Shown: positions 1-8,461, counted from the stretch's first letter. The stretch is DNA of 29,945 bases from a virus (IMGVR_UViG_3300028898_000252:1-29945), one strand, 5' to 3'. The notes: generated from the sequence alone by a model not told the origin. Made by a program: numbers and translations.

Positions 1-630
1 TCGGTGCAACACACCATTTCTATAATACTTGACTAATTCAATTTCATCTCGAAATTTGCCGTCAGGTTGTTTTACAGATCTAAAAACATATTCTGCTGGT
101 CCATGTTCATTATGGACAATTCCACCAACTTTATGTTGAAAATTCCATTCACTAATGGCCACCCAATTTAAGGATTTGTTAAAAATATTTTCAAGAAACC
201 AGTCTTTGGATCTTAGATATTTAAGTTGTTTTTGTATGTTCTCAACATCTTGATCTGTAATGTCTGGATATTGTTTCCTATTAGAATAGAAATAGTTAAG
301 ATCCACATGAGTTTTCTCTAAAACAGCTGATGGATAATTTATTTTTGAAATGTTTGATTCATCAAATCCCATATAACTCAAACTACAACCATTTGTAGAA
401 ATATCTGTTTCAATTCTTTTTGTTGGTTTAGCCACACATCTCCAATCCACCAAATATTTTATATCATCTTCTGAACTTAAAAAAGTTAGCAAGGATTTTT
501 TTGGCAAAGAATATAAAAAATCTTTTTTAATCCCTTTGCCGTGATAATAATAAAACCGTATTTCATTTTCAAACACATCGATAAAATTATTTGAAAATGA
601 AGGTTTTTCTAGTTCAAGTTCAGAAGACAT
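1..630 (-). CDS. Hypothetical protein with LHRxDGPA-type (MORN-variant/YwqK-like) repeats; runs off the left edge
   Basis: Not in the ORF track. Manual translation from ATG at 630 is open to position 1 (MSSELELEKPSF...IVHNEHGPAEYVF...KYYRNGVLHR). HNEHGPA and YYRNGVLHR match this repeat type. Confidence 0.8.
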   Translation of the reverse strand, partial: MSSELELEKPSFSNNFIDVFENEIRFYYYHGKGIKKDFLYSLPKKSLLTFLSSEDDIKYLVDWRCVAKPTKRIETDISTNGCSLSYMGFDESNISKINYPSAVLEKTHVDLNYFYSNRKQYPDITDQDVENIQKQLKYLRSKDWFLENIFNKSLNWVAISEWNFQHKVGGIVHNEHGPAEYVFRSVKQPDGKFRDEIELVKYYRNGVLHR

Positions 631-654
631 GAGAATTTTTCCTTTTGTTTGGGT

Positions 655-936
655 TTAGTCGTCTACGCCGCTAACCAAAAAAGCAGGCACCCAGGCAACA
701 AACTTTGTCCAAGGAATTGTAATAATACACTTATAAAAATAAGAGCTTGTTTCGATTACACGGGCATCCAAAATATTTTCCCATTCTTTCTTTCTTTCAT
801 CTTTGAGAGAAAGAGGGACATTACCTTTTGGTGAAACAAGATCAACATCAAAATAAATAAATTGTTTCGACTTGGATTCATCAAACTTTAAAGACTTGTT
901 GAGAAAAGAATCACTTGCTTTTTTCTGATTCGCCAT
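655..936 (-). CDS. Hypothetical protein (93 aa, MANQKKASD...)
   Basis: ORF track 655..1020. Start moved to ATG 936 because the upstream part is better explained by an overlapping 42-aa ORF. Confidence 0.65.
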   Translation of the reverse strand: MANQKKASDSFLNKSLKFDESKSKQFIYFDVDLVSPKGNVPLSLKDERKKEWENILDARVIETSSYFYKCIITIPWTKFVAWVPAFLVSGVDD

Positions 937-1039
937 TTGTCTTTTTTTCCTTTTTCTGTTGCTTAATATAAAGAACAATTCCCGAAATCGCTGCCGCCAA
1001 TCCAAATCCAACCAAGCCATAAACCGCAGCTTGTTTCAT
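911..1039 (-). CDS. Small single-pass membrane protein (42 aa)
   Basis: MKQAAVYGLVGFGLAAAISGIVLYIKQQKKEKKTNGESEKSK*: hydrophobic helix then basic tail. Starts 2 nt after the IF3 stop. Below the track length cutoff. Confidence 0.65.
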   Translation of the reverse strand: MKQAAVYGLVGFGLAAAISGIVLYIKQQKKEKKTNGESEKSK

Positions 1040-1041
1040 TG

Positions 1042-1548
1042 TTAGGTTTCCTTTCCGATTGTTATGAGAAGTTTGCGTTCAGAATCCTTTAAAGGTTGAT
1101 CGATTTTATACTGTCCAACCAGTTTCAATAAATCCTCAATAATTTCTCTTCCAAGATTTTTATACTCTAATTCCCTTCCAGAAAACTTGCAAACAATTTG
1201 AACTTTATGACCGTCTTCCATCCAATCTTTAATTTTGGATGCCTTTGTTTCAAGATCATTGTAATCTGTCACGGGGCGAACTTGAACTTCTTTCAAGTCA
1301 AGAACTTTTTGTTTTTGAGCCTTTTGTTTCTTTTGTTGCTCAAACTTAAACTTTCCATAATCCATAATTTTACAAACAGAGTTTCCGTCTTTTGTTTTTG
1401 CAATTTCAATTAAATCTAATTCGCTTTGTTGAGCCTCTTTGAGTGCTTCGGCAAAAGGAACACTTTTTTTGGTTTCTCCAGTTGAAGAAATTAAAACAAC
1501 TGTTGCCGATTTAATTTGATGATTGATTTTTGCTTTTACGTCTTTCAT
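1042..1548 (-). CDS. infC: Translation initiation factor IF-3
   Basis: Both domains present: INHQI...VVLI...ALKEAQQSELDLIEIA...VCKIMDYGKFKFEQQKKQK, then KEVQVRPVTDYNDLETK...GHKVQIVCKFSGRE. Confidence 0.95.
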   Translation of the reverse strand: MKDVKAKINHQIKSATVVLISSTGETKKSVPFAEALKEAQQSELDLIEIAKTKDGNSVCKIMDYGKFKFEQQKKQKAQKQKVLDLKEVQVRPVTDYNDLETKASKIKDWMEDGHKVQIVCKFSGRELEYKNLGREIIEDLLKLVGQYKIDQPLKDSERKLLITIGKET

Positions 1549-1590
1549 TTTATTATATTATTTAGAACTATTGTTAACAACTTGAATCAC

Positions 1591-1989
1591 TTATTTCTTT
1601 GATTTAGCTTCAAGCTGTTTTGGTTTTCTCTTAAACAAAGATTTCACTTTGTCGACACCAGAAGAAATCTTATTCTTTACTTTTGTTTTGAGTGTTGGGT
1701 TAATTTGCTCAATTTCTTTTTCAACTTCTTCTGTTATTTGAATGAATTTTTTAAGAGTTTCTCGACTACTATCATACTTTCTAGTAAGATAATCATATTT
1801 CTTACTTTCATGGAAATCTTTTATGGTTTCTGGAGTTTGATCCCCAACAGAAGAAAGCCAAATTTCTAATTCACTATTAGAACTTTGGGAATTTGTTTCT
1901 CTTGATGGAGGTTCTTCTGGAAGATTTGAAGATTTCTTTCCAAGAACAGACTCAATCTTTTCTTCGAGTGTTTTTAGAAAGCTCTTCAT
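1591..1989 (-). CDS. Hypothetical protein
   Basis: ORF track 1591..2004; start probably MKSFLK at 1989. Confidence 0.7.
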   Translation of the reverse strand: MKSFLKTLEEKIESVLGKKSSNLPEEPPSRETNSQSSNSELEIWLSSVGDQTPETIKDFHESKKYDYLTRKYDSSRETLKKFIQITEEVEKEIEQINPTLKTKVKNKISSGVDKVKSLFKRKPKQLEAKSKK

Positions 1990-2008
1990 GGTTTCGGCTC
2001 CCACCTAT

Positions 2009-2037
2009 GCTATAAGCCTGTGCGTCGAGCCTGTCAA
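2009..2037 (-). promoter_or_regulatory. Possible sigma70-type promoter, TTGACA-N17-TATAGC
   Basis: Perfect -35 overlapping the phosphoesterase stop, GC-rich spacer, weak -10. Confidence 0.4.
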
Positions 2038-2618
2038 TCCCCGTAATTGACATTCTCTGCGGGCTTAAACTCAAGTTTTGTGGACATTTTTGTTTTAAGT
2101 TCTTCGAAACCAACAGGAGAATAATTCCAACAGTCAACTCCAACGTCTATTCTTTTCGTGTGTTGATCTTCTGGAAGTGTTCCGTGGCAGTGCCCGTGAA
2201 GCATCCACGAACCATAAAAGCTTTTATTAAATGACAGCATTGGATAATGAGACATTACAATAAACTGTTCATCTATTTCAACTTCCATATAATCAGAATA
2301 GGAAGTAAAAAGTTCTTTTGTAGACCCTTTTAGGTCTTTATCATGATTGCCCCGAATAAAGTGTATTTCTTTTCCCTTGAGTCTCCTCACAAAAGATTCA
2401 AGTTCCCCATAGCTTTTTGAGTTTCTTGGAAAACCAAGATCACCAAGAATAAAACAAATATCTTGTTCTCCTACTCTTTCATTCCAGTTTTTGATAACCG
2501 CCTCATTCATTTCCTCAACCGAGGAAAATGGGCGATTAGAATACTTGATAATGTTTGCATGGAAAAGATGCCAGTCAGAACTAAACCATGTTTTAATATT
2601 TTTGATTTTTCGTGCCAT
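2034..2618 (-). CDS. Calcineurin-like metallophosphoesterase
   Basis: All five motifs: SDWH, LGD, GNHD, SHYP, HGHCH. Confidence 0.92.
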   Translation of the reverse strand: MARKIKNIKTWFSSDWHLFHANIIKYSNRPFSSVEEMNEAVIKNWNERVGEQDICFILGDLGFPRNSKSYGELESFVRRLKGKEIHFIRGNHDKDLKGSTKELFTSYSDYMEVEIDEQFIVMSHYPMLSFNKSFYGSWMLHGHCHGTLPEDQHTKRIDVGVDCWNYSPVGFEELKTKMSTKLEFKPAENVNYGD

Positions 2619-2627
2619 GATTTTGCT

Positions 2628-2655
2628 AGTGTGTGGTTGGCCGCATAAGAGTCAA
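2628..2655 (-). promoter_or_regulatory. Promoter TTGACT-N16-CACACT
   Basis: Same 28-bp geometry as six other sites; 9 nt upstream of the phosphoesterase ATG. The -10 is imperfect. Confidence 0.5.
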
Positions 2656-2674
2656 CTACGATTCGGAATTCAAA

Positions 2675-3097
2675 TTAGAATTTAAGATTTCCAGGTCCAA
2701 AAGCTTGCGGAAGCAACTCGCTAATGTTTGTGAATTTTCCGACCTTGCCGCTCGACACGAGCCACACGGGACAGTCCGCAGTGAATTCAGAAATAAACTG
2801 TCTACACGCCCCGCACGGCGACGCAGGATGCTCGCCTCCGACGGCGACCACAATTAGGTCGATTGATTTAGGTTTATATTGAATTAATTCAACCAAAGCA
2901 GCTCTCTCAGCACAAATGGTTAAACCATAAGAAGCATTCTCCACATTGGTTCCATAGACAACAATTTGTTCTTTGTCTTTTAGGGTTGCAACAATCGCGG
3001 CACCAACACTAAAACCAGAATATGGAGAATAAGAGAAATTGCGAAACAAGTCAGTTTGAACAACAACATCTTCATGATTTATATATTTTGCTTTCAT
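2675..3097 (-). CDS. cdd: Cytidine deaminase (homotetrameric type)
   Basis: YSPYSGFSVGAA, GTNVENASYGLTICAERAAL, PCGACRQ, ELLPQAFGP. Confidence 0.95.
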   Translation of the reverse strand: MKAKYINHEDVVVQTDLFRNFSYSPYSGFSVGAAIVATLKDKEQIVVYGTNVENASYGLTICAERAALVELIQYKPKSIDLIVVAVGGEHPASPCGACRQFISEFTADCPVWLVSSGKVGKFTNISELLPQAFGPGNLKF

Positions 3098-3390
3098 CTA
3101 ATACCTTTTAAAAGTTTATAAGTTGAAGGCATATCAAGTTTTTTAATAAACATTTCTTCTGATAAGAAATGAATGTTTTCTTTTGTTGTTTCTAAAATAA
3201 AAATAGGTGTTACTTCAGCAACGACTTTAATAAAGTTTGCAGCGAAATACTCAATAGCATTGTTTCGCTGCGATTCGTGTATTGTTGCAACAATTTGCAA
3301 CTTAGCTCCTTCATCTGCTAAGTCTTCCATAGCAGATTGAAGAGCTAACCCGACTATTTCTTCTTTTGGTTTTGGAGTTCCGAATGTCAT
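3094..3390 (-). CDS. Hypothetical protein
   Basis: 98-aa ORF with 4-bp overlaps on both sides. Confidence 0.75.
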   Translation of the reverse strand: MTFGTPKPKEEIVGLALQSAMEDLADEGAKLQIVATIHESQRNNAIEYFAANFIKVVAEVTPIFILETTKENIHFLSEEMFIKKLDMPSTYKLLKGIR

Positions 3391-3992
3391 TGTTTTTTTT
3401 CTTTCTCCTTTTTATAGGTTTCATATTCCTTTTCTAATAGATTAATAACCTCATTATTAAACTCTTCTTTTAATAACTGTAATTTTATCTCTCTGTAAAG
3501 AGAAGTTTCAGGCGACAATACACACAATTGTGCCAAACGTTCATATTGGACTATCATATGTCCAGAGATTTCAAATCCAAAAGATACCATAGTAGCTAAA
3601 CTTGAACTACCAAGATAATTTTGAAATACATATTCTGTGCCATCTATAACACCAAGACTGTAGTTTCTAACTGCATCTCCAAATTTCGAAACTATTTCTT
3701 CTTGTTTGGAAAACTTTGACCTTGCTTTAGTTATTGTTTTTTCTGCGCGACCACAAACCCAACATTTTCCTTTGGTAAAATGAGTATGGTTTGGATTTTT
3801 ACACTTTTTTCGTTTAACAGGAGGACTGTTTTCCTCAACGTAATCCTTAAATAATTTTCTTTGAAATCTAATAAAAGCTTGTTCTAAAGAAGAATCTTCT
3901 CTTGAAAAACTCAACGAAACAAACATTGATCCGTTTTGCTGTTCTTCTGCATATCCTGTTTTTACTTCTATTAAAACCTTTTTATTTTTCAT
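3387..3992 (-). CDS. Hypothetical protein with possible Zn ribbon
   Basis: 201-aa ORF containing CKNPNH...CWVC; coupled overlaps. Confidence 0.75.
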   Translation of the reverse strand: MKNKKVLIEVKTGYAEEQQNGSMFVSLSFSREDSSLEQAFIRFQRKLFKDYVEENSPPVKRKKCKNPNHTHFTKGKCWVCGRAEKTITKARSKFSKQEEIVSKFGDAVRNYSLGVIDGTEYVFQNYLGSSSLATMVSFGFEISGHMIVQYERLAQLCVLSPETSLYREIKLQLLKEEFNNEVINLLEKEYETYKKEKEKKQ

Positions 3993-4231
3993 GTTTGTTT
4001 TAGTACCTTACTATAATCCTTTAAAAGATTTGTAGCACTTTTTTTACAAAGAAAAACACCAGTTAGTCCATATAATTTCTTGTTGTGTTCTAATTCAACT
4101 TCTATTTGTTTGACAACTTCAGAAATAAAGTTTTCTACAAGTTTGTCTTTTATTAGATAATCAGAAATAGAATATCCTTTTGGTAACATTAATTCCAATG
4201 TTAATTTAACATCTGGATGTATGTCCATCAT
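3989..4231 (-). CDS. Hypothetical protein
   Basis: 80-aa ORF with ATGA overlaps. Confidence 0.7.
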   Translation of the reverse strand: MMDIHPDVKLTLELMLPKGYSISDYLIKDKLVENFISEVVKQIEVELEHNKKLYGLTGVFLCKKSATNLLKDYSKVLKQT

Positions 4232-4398
4232 TTCTTTTTGATTGTTTTTACGTTTTCTTTAAACAAATCCCAGTTAACTTGCTCTTCAAAACTATTAAGT
4301 TTTGTTCTTAGCCGCTTTGAACTTTCTTCGCCTCCAACAGAAACAATAATTCGTTTTTCATTTCCAAAATCAAACCTATATGTTTTTCTTTGATCCAT
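4228..4398 (-). CDS. Hypothetical protein (56 aa)
   Basis: Manual translation MDQRKTYRFDFGNEKRIIVSVGG...ENVKTIKKK*. Fills the gap exactly and overlaps the next ATG (ATGA). Confidence 0.7.
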   Translation of the reverse strand: MDQRKTYRFDFGNEKRIIVSVGGEESSKRLRTKLNSFEEQVNWDLFKENVKTIKKK

Positions 4399-4399
4399 T

Positions 4400-4915
4400 T
4401 TATTTAACCTTTTTTTCTTGTTTGGCTCTTAAAGTTTCAACAATTGATTGTTCGAAATAAACATTTTCATAAATTGTTTCAAATTCAAAAAAGGTTTGAT
4501 AAAAAATAAAATCTTCATCTTTTGTCGAAAATTCATATTCTAGTTTCCTACGATCAATTTCTATTTCAGAAATAGACTGATAGTCTTTGTTTGCAAACTT
4601 TTGCAAATTTGGGCAAACAACAGTTTTTAAGTGCTGCTTCATACCTTCTCGTTCTTTCTTTAAAGAATTTACAGAAGTGTAATAACTTTCTTGGTAAACT
4701 TTGTAACAACCAAGAGAATAACTCTCGCCGCTATTGTCATGAAAAGCTAAAATAGTTCTCCAAGTATTATCTTCATAATCTTCGCTTTCTAATATAGAGA
4801 CTTTGCCTTTATCCAAAACCTTGATTTTATCTTTAAACCAAAGAGTTAGTTGTTCAACCGCATCAGCTTCACCTGCGTACGAGAACAAGCAGTTTTGCAG
4901 CCTTATATAGAACAT
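4400..4915 (-). CDS. Hypothetical protein
   Basis: ORF track 4400..4948; start probably MFYIRL at 4915. Confidence 0.75.
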   Translation of the reverse strand: MFYIRLQNCLFSYAGEADAVEQLTLWFKDKIKVLDKGKVSILESEDYEDNTWRTILAFHDNSGESYSLGCYKVYQESYYTSVNSLKKEREGMKQHLKTVVCPNLQKFANKDYQSISEIEIDRRKLEYEFSTKDEDFIFYQTFFEFETIYENVYFEQSIVETLRAKQEKKVK

Positions 4916-4941
4916 GGTTTTGTTGCCTCGCTTAAAACCGC

Positions 4942-4965
4942 AAAACAACGAGTCCAGCTCGTTGC
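4942..4965 (-). terminator. Possible intrinsic terminator or attenuator hairpin
   Basis: CAACGAG-CTGGA-CTCGTTG followed by TTTT on the minus strand. Confidence 0.45.
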
Positions 4966-4993
4966 TTCTTATACTTTAATTATTATCTTAAAA

Positions 4994-5404
4994 TTATGGA
5001 TTATGTATCCAAACAGAAAATACTGTTAGCGGAATAACTTCATTGTTTTGGTTAACCGCATAAACGGTTACTTTACAAACTCTGCCCTCTGTATTTTGTT
5101 CAAGTACAGAAAGTCGCCCGTAACAATGGTTTGGAGGAATTGTGATAAAAGGCATTCCAAAATTATCAAGCTCTATATCAGAGCTAATAAATTCATATCT
5201 GCAATATTCTCCTGTTGGGGTTTGTTCTAAGGTTACAAACCCATTTGGTATTGGTTGCCCAAACCATTGATTCATTTGGATTTTATTATCTAATGCAATA
5301 TGAAAAGTTTTTTCGCTTTCATTAATGTAATTGTTTCTTGGTTGTGGCAGAGGAACACCACAAGATATTAATAAAAAAGAAAGAAATAAGAAAAGATGTT
5401 TCAT
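4994..5404 (-). CDS. Putative lipoprotein
   Basis: MKHLFLFLSFLLISC: signal peptide with lipobox LISC. Confidence 0.75.
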   Translation of the reverse strand: MKHLFLFLSFLLISCGVPLPQPRNNYINESEKTFHIALDNKIQMNQWFGQPIPNGFVTLEQTPTGEYCRYEFISSDIELDNFGMPFITIPPNHCYGRLSVLEQNTEGRVCKVTVYAVNQNNEVIPLTVFSVWIHNP

Positions 5405-5408
5405 ATGA

Positions 5409-5639
5409 TTAAATATCAAATTCTTGCTCGTATTCTAGTTTTTCTGCTGGAAAGGTTCCTTGTGTTTTGCCGCAATCAAGACAAACAGAAATCGAAACAA
5501 GATTTTTTCTGTCTCCGCGAATTGGATTTGGAACATCGCCAACGATCTTTGGACCGTTTCCCATTTGATAAACAAAACTGTTTGTTTCTGTTGTCGCGTT
5601 TAGAACGCGTTTTGAACCACAGTGTTGACAAACCTTCAT
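5409..5639 (-). CDS. Small Zn-finger protein (CxxC...CLDC)
   Basis: MKVCQHCGSKRV...VCLDCGKTQGTFP; paralog of the broken gene at 18279-18452. Confidence 0.8.
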   Translation of the reverse strand: MKVCQHCGSKRVLNATTETNSFVYQMGNGPKIVGDVPNPIRGDRKNLVSISVCLDCGKTQGTFPAEKLEYEQEFDI

Positions 5640-5650
5640 TTTGTTTTCCT

Positions 5651-6181
5651 TTACCCTTTGGTTACGTTTAGATCGTCGTTCACAACTTCAGCTTCGTGGT
5701 GAATCATTAACCAAATTTCATCCATAACAAAAGTTTCCAATAGGTTTTTAATCAAAAATGGAGCGTTAATATCAATATTAACACGCATGATTCTTTCCGT
5801 TTTATCATTGTCAAACGGGGCAAAAACTACTTCCCCGTTACAAATAAATCTATTGTTCAACTGAGGAAATCCGACCAAAGAAATATCAAACATTCCAGTT
5901 TGAGTTTCGTAGTCAAAAGAAACCGTTTCTTCCCATTCAATTTTTTTGTCCGCAATATAAGGTTTAAAAATCTCGGGAATTTTGGTTTCGCTTATGTTTA
6001 ATAAAAACCTTCTTGTAATTACTTTAACGTTTTTTCCAGTTTTACTTTGACTTTGAGTTAATGAAACCAAACTAAATTTCTTAAATGGCATTTGTTTGAT
6101 TAACTCTTCATTCGAAAAGTAATCCTCAAGAAGAACATTCATTCGACAATTGAATTTTGTTCTTATTTGCCTCGTTTTCAT
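5651..6181 (-). CDS. DUF2505-like START/SRPBCC-fold protein
   Basis: Start at 6181 via ATGA overlap. KIPEIFKPYIADKKIEWEETVSFD...NGEVVFAP...TERIMRVNIDINAPFL...LETFVMDEI resembles the DUF2505 pattern. By eye only. Confidence 0.6.
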   Translation of the reverse strand: MKTRQIRTKFNCRMNVLLEDYFSNEELIKQMPFKKFSLVSLTQSQSKTGKNVKVITRRFLLNISETKIPEIFKPYIADKKIEWEETVSFDYETQTGMFDISLVGFPQLNNRFICNGEVVFAPFDNDKTERIMRVNIDINAPFLIKNLLETFVMDEIWLMIHHEAEVVNDDLNVTKG

Positions 6182-6762
6182 CTTACTTTTATTTCCAGGG
6201 CAACAACTTCTTTGGTTGTGATCTCTTCGAGAATAAAATATCTCCATTCATATGTTGACTCTGTAAATAAAACCTTCCACATATCTTTATTCGCATCATC
6301 TATTTTTGCTATCGAGCCTTTTATTTCAGAAAAATTTTTTCTTTTTTCTTGCCAGTTAAAAAGTTTTTTTCTGAAACTAACACTTGAAGTTTTATCAGAA
6401 CAGACCAACAAGTTTTGTAAACTTTTAACAAGGTATGTGTTTTCGCCAAGTGTTTTAAACATTGGCATTGTTAAAACATCAGATAACAAAGGAGCTTTTA
6501 ATCTTTTATTTTCAATCCAATTTTCAATTAGTTCCATTTTAAGATTTTCAATTTTAGAGGCATTTTCTTTAAATTTTTTATTAATGCTTTCTTTAAGATC
6601 GGAAAGCATGTTAATGTCAAAACATAAAACGTTTTTAACAACATTAATTTTTTTGTTGTTGATTATATAATCAACAAAATAATAATCTGTTTTCAGAGAA
6701 ACATTTTCGTCTACCAAAGTTTTAAGTTCAATTTGTTTCTTTTGTTTTTCTTCTTTGTTCAT
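6178..6762 (-). CDS. Hypothetical protein
   Basis: 194-aa ORF in the co-directional array. Confidence 0.8.
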   Translation of the reverse strand: MNKEEKQKKQIELKTLVDENVSLKTDYYFVDYIINNKKINVVKNVLCFDINMLSDLKESINKKFKENASKIENLKMELIENWIENKRLKAPLLSDVLTMPMFKTLGENTYLVKSLQNLLVCSDKTSSVSFRKKLFNWQEKRKNFSEIKGSIAKIDDANKDMWKVLFTESTYEWRYFILEEITTKEVVALEIKVR

Positions 6763-6765
6763 TTT

Positions 6766-7320
6766 TTAAAATCTTTTCAAGTATAAAAATGAGTCAAGAT
6801 TTTTATTGTAAATTAAAAACATATCGTTATAAATCTGTTGAACACCAACACATCCATCCAGTTCATTTGGTGATTTAATAAAATCTAAAGTTCCGCGATC
6901 AAATGGAAGTTGATAAAGTCTTTTAAATTTAAAAACTTCGCTGTCAAACTTATAATAAATTAAATCTTCAACGTCTTTTCTATGAACTTGTTGTTTATAT
7001 ATTTTCACCCCTATTGGCAAACATTGAATTATTGCTTCAATTGGTCGACGAGAGAGTTTATTTGACCTGTTAAGAATGCTATCAAGAAAAAGTTTTTTTT
7101 CTTCTTCGATTAGTTTATTAAGCTCAAAAGACTTTGACGCGCGATCAGACTCTTTATTGTCTTTAATTACAGAAATTGTACTATCCTCATATCTTACAAT
7201 ATCTTGGACAGCAGGTAAATCTAAATTCTTTTCGAGAACTTCAAATACTTTTATTTCTTTCTCTAATGTCGTCAGTTCATCGTGGAGCGATCTTATTTTA
7301 TTTCTTTGTGTAGGATTCAT
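6766..7320 (-). CDS. Hypothetical protein
   Basis: ORF track 6766..7338; start at 7320 or 7338. Confidence 0.75.
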   Translation of the reverse strand: MNPTQRNKIRSLHDELTTLEKEIKVFEVLEKNLDLPAVQDIVRYEDSTISVIKDNKESDRASKSFELNKLIEEEKKLFLDSILNRSNKLSRRPIEAIIQCLPIGVKIYKQQVHRKDVEDLIYYKFDSEVFKFKRLYQLPFDRGTLDFIKSPNELDGCVGVQQIYNDMFLIYNKNLDSFLYLKRF

Positions 7321-7696
7321 AGACAACTTTTTCTCCAAGATAAAGTTCGCCGAATTTTTCGGCTGAACCTATTCCTTTCTTTGAATCGATATAATAAAAC
7401 GTTTTTCTTCTATATGGATCATAAGAAATCTTTGTCTTAAATCTAGGCGGCCTCAAATCTAGATTTAATTCAGAAATAAAACCTTCGACAAAAGCATGAA
7501 CATTTTTTCTTTGCTGGGAAACTACTCGTAGTCTGCCTTTTTCAGAAACAGTGAACTTACAATCTTTTAAGAGAATACTATTAGCATAGCCAGCAATTCG
7601 ATTGCCTTGTTTTATTGACCAACAAGATTTGTTTAGATTCCAATATATCTTAACTTTTTTCGTTAAATCTATTGTTTTATTTTCTTTATTTGTCAT
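7298..7696 (-). CDS. Conserved phage hypothetical protein
   Basis: VKIYWNLNKSCWSIK...KDCKFTVSEKGRLRVVSQQRKNVHAFVEG matches a phage family I recall; function unknown. Confidence 0.85.
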   Translation of the reverse strand: MTNKENKTIDLTKKVKIYWNLNKSCWSIKQGNRIAGYANSILLKDCKFTVSEKGRLRVVSQQRKNVHAFVEGFISELNLDLRPPRFKTKISYDPYRRKTFYYIDSKKGIGSAEKFGELYLGEKVVYESYTKK

Positions 7697-7707
7697 TTAT
7701 TCAAAAA

Positions 7708-8370
7708 CTACTCAACTCTCACAGTTTTAGAAATAGAAAGAATGGTACAAGTGTCAAAAGAATTTTCGGTCAAAACACTTGTTACCCCGCTACAGGTTTG
7801 CATAATAATTCTTGTTGGGGCAGAACCACAAGAAACAGAAAAAGAAAACACAAGGTCTTGAGGACCACTATCCGCGATACCCTCAATGTTTTGATGAATA
7901 ACAGAAAATCTATTCAAAAGAACATAAGAACAGCCAGAAGGAAAAATTCTACCAAAATTATCTCCAGCTGTCGCATAGTTTCTAATTCTGTTTCCTATTA
8001 TCCTCATCGTAGGATTAATTCCTGCATCGGTTGAAATCTCCACGGAATTAAATTCAATTACTCCCTCATATCCTCCATCAGAAGTTCGATACAAAACATT
8101 TGTTTCTCTTGCCGCGGCATCTGCCCTCGAAGAATCCGACCCCGAATCGGAAGAATCCGAAACAGAAGCATCTGATTCCATAACAGAAGAGTCTTCTTCA
8201 ATAACCGAAGAATCTGCATCTTCTGAAACCATTTGAGAATCAGGAAATTGCCGTGAATCTACGGAGGCATCAGAAGATTCGCGATCGGGCATTTCCATTG
8301 TTGGATTGCCGCAGGCAATCAAACCAAAAACCGCGATCAGCGAGAGATACTTGTTTTGAGAGATTTTCAT
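7708..8370 (-). CDS. Putative lipoprotein with Asp/Ser/Ala-rich low-complexity linker
   Basis: MKISQNKYLSLIAVFGLIAC lipobox, then DASVDS/DASVSDSSDSGSDSS repeats and a Cys-containing C-terminal domain. Confidence 0.8.
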   Translation of the reverse strand: MKISQNKYLSLIAVFGLIACGNPTMEMPDRESSDASVDSRQFPDSQMVSEDADSSVIEEDSSVMESDASVSDSSDSGSDSSRADAAARETNVLYRTSDGGYEGVIEFNSVEISTDAGINPTMRIIGNRIRNYATAGDNFGRIFPSGCSYVLLNRFSVIHQNIEGIADSGPQDLVFSFSVSCGSAPTRIIMQTCSGVTSVLTENSFDTCTILSISKTVRVE

Positions 8371-8401
8371 TTTGTGAGACCTTTCTGTTGTGTACACCTC
8401 G

Positions 8402-8429
8402 ACATTAACCACCGCAGCGGAGGCGTCAA
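8402..8429 (-). promoter_or_regulatory. Promoter TTGACG-N16-TAATGT
   Basis: Intergenic, 16-bp GC-rich spacer, upstream of the lipoprotein gene. Confidence 0.65.
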
Positions 8430-8461
8430 GCGACATTATGAAACACAATTGGTCTCAAATA

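Noticed and set aside
2675-3097. cdd as the enzyme that makes inosine on tRNA-Ser(A34)
   Set aside because: The motifs (NVENASY, CAE, PCGACRQ) are those of free-nucleoside cytidine deaminase, not TadA (HAE…TLEPC).
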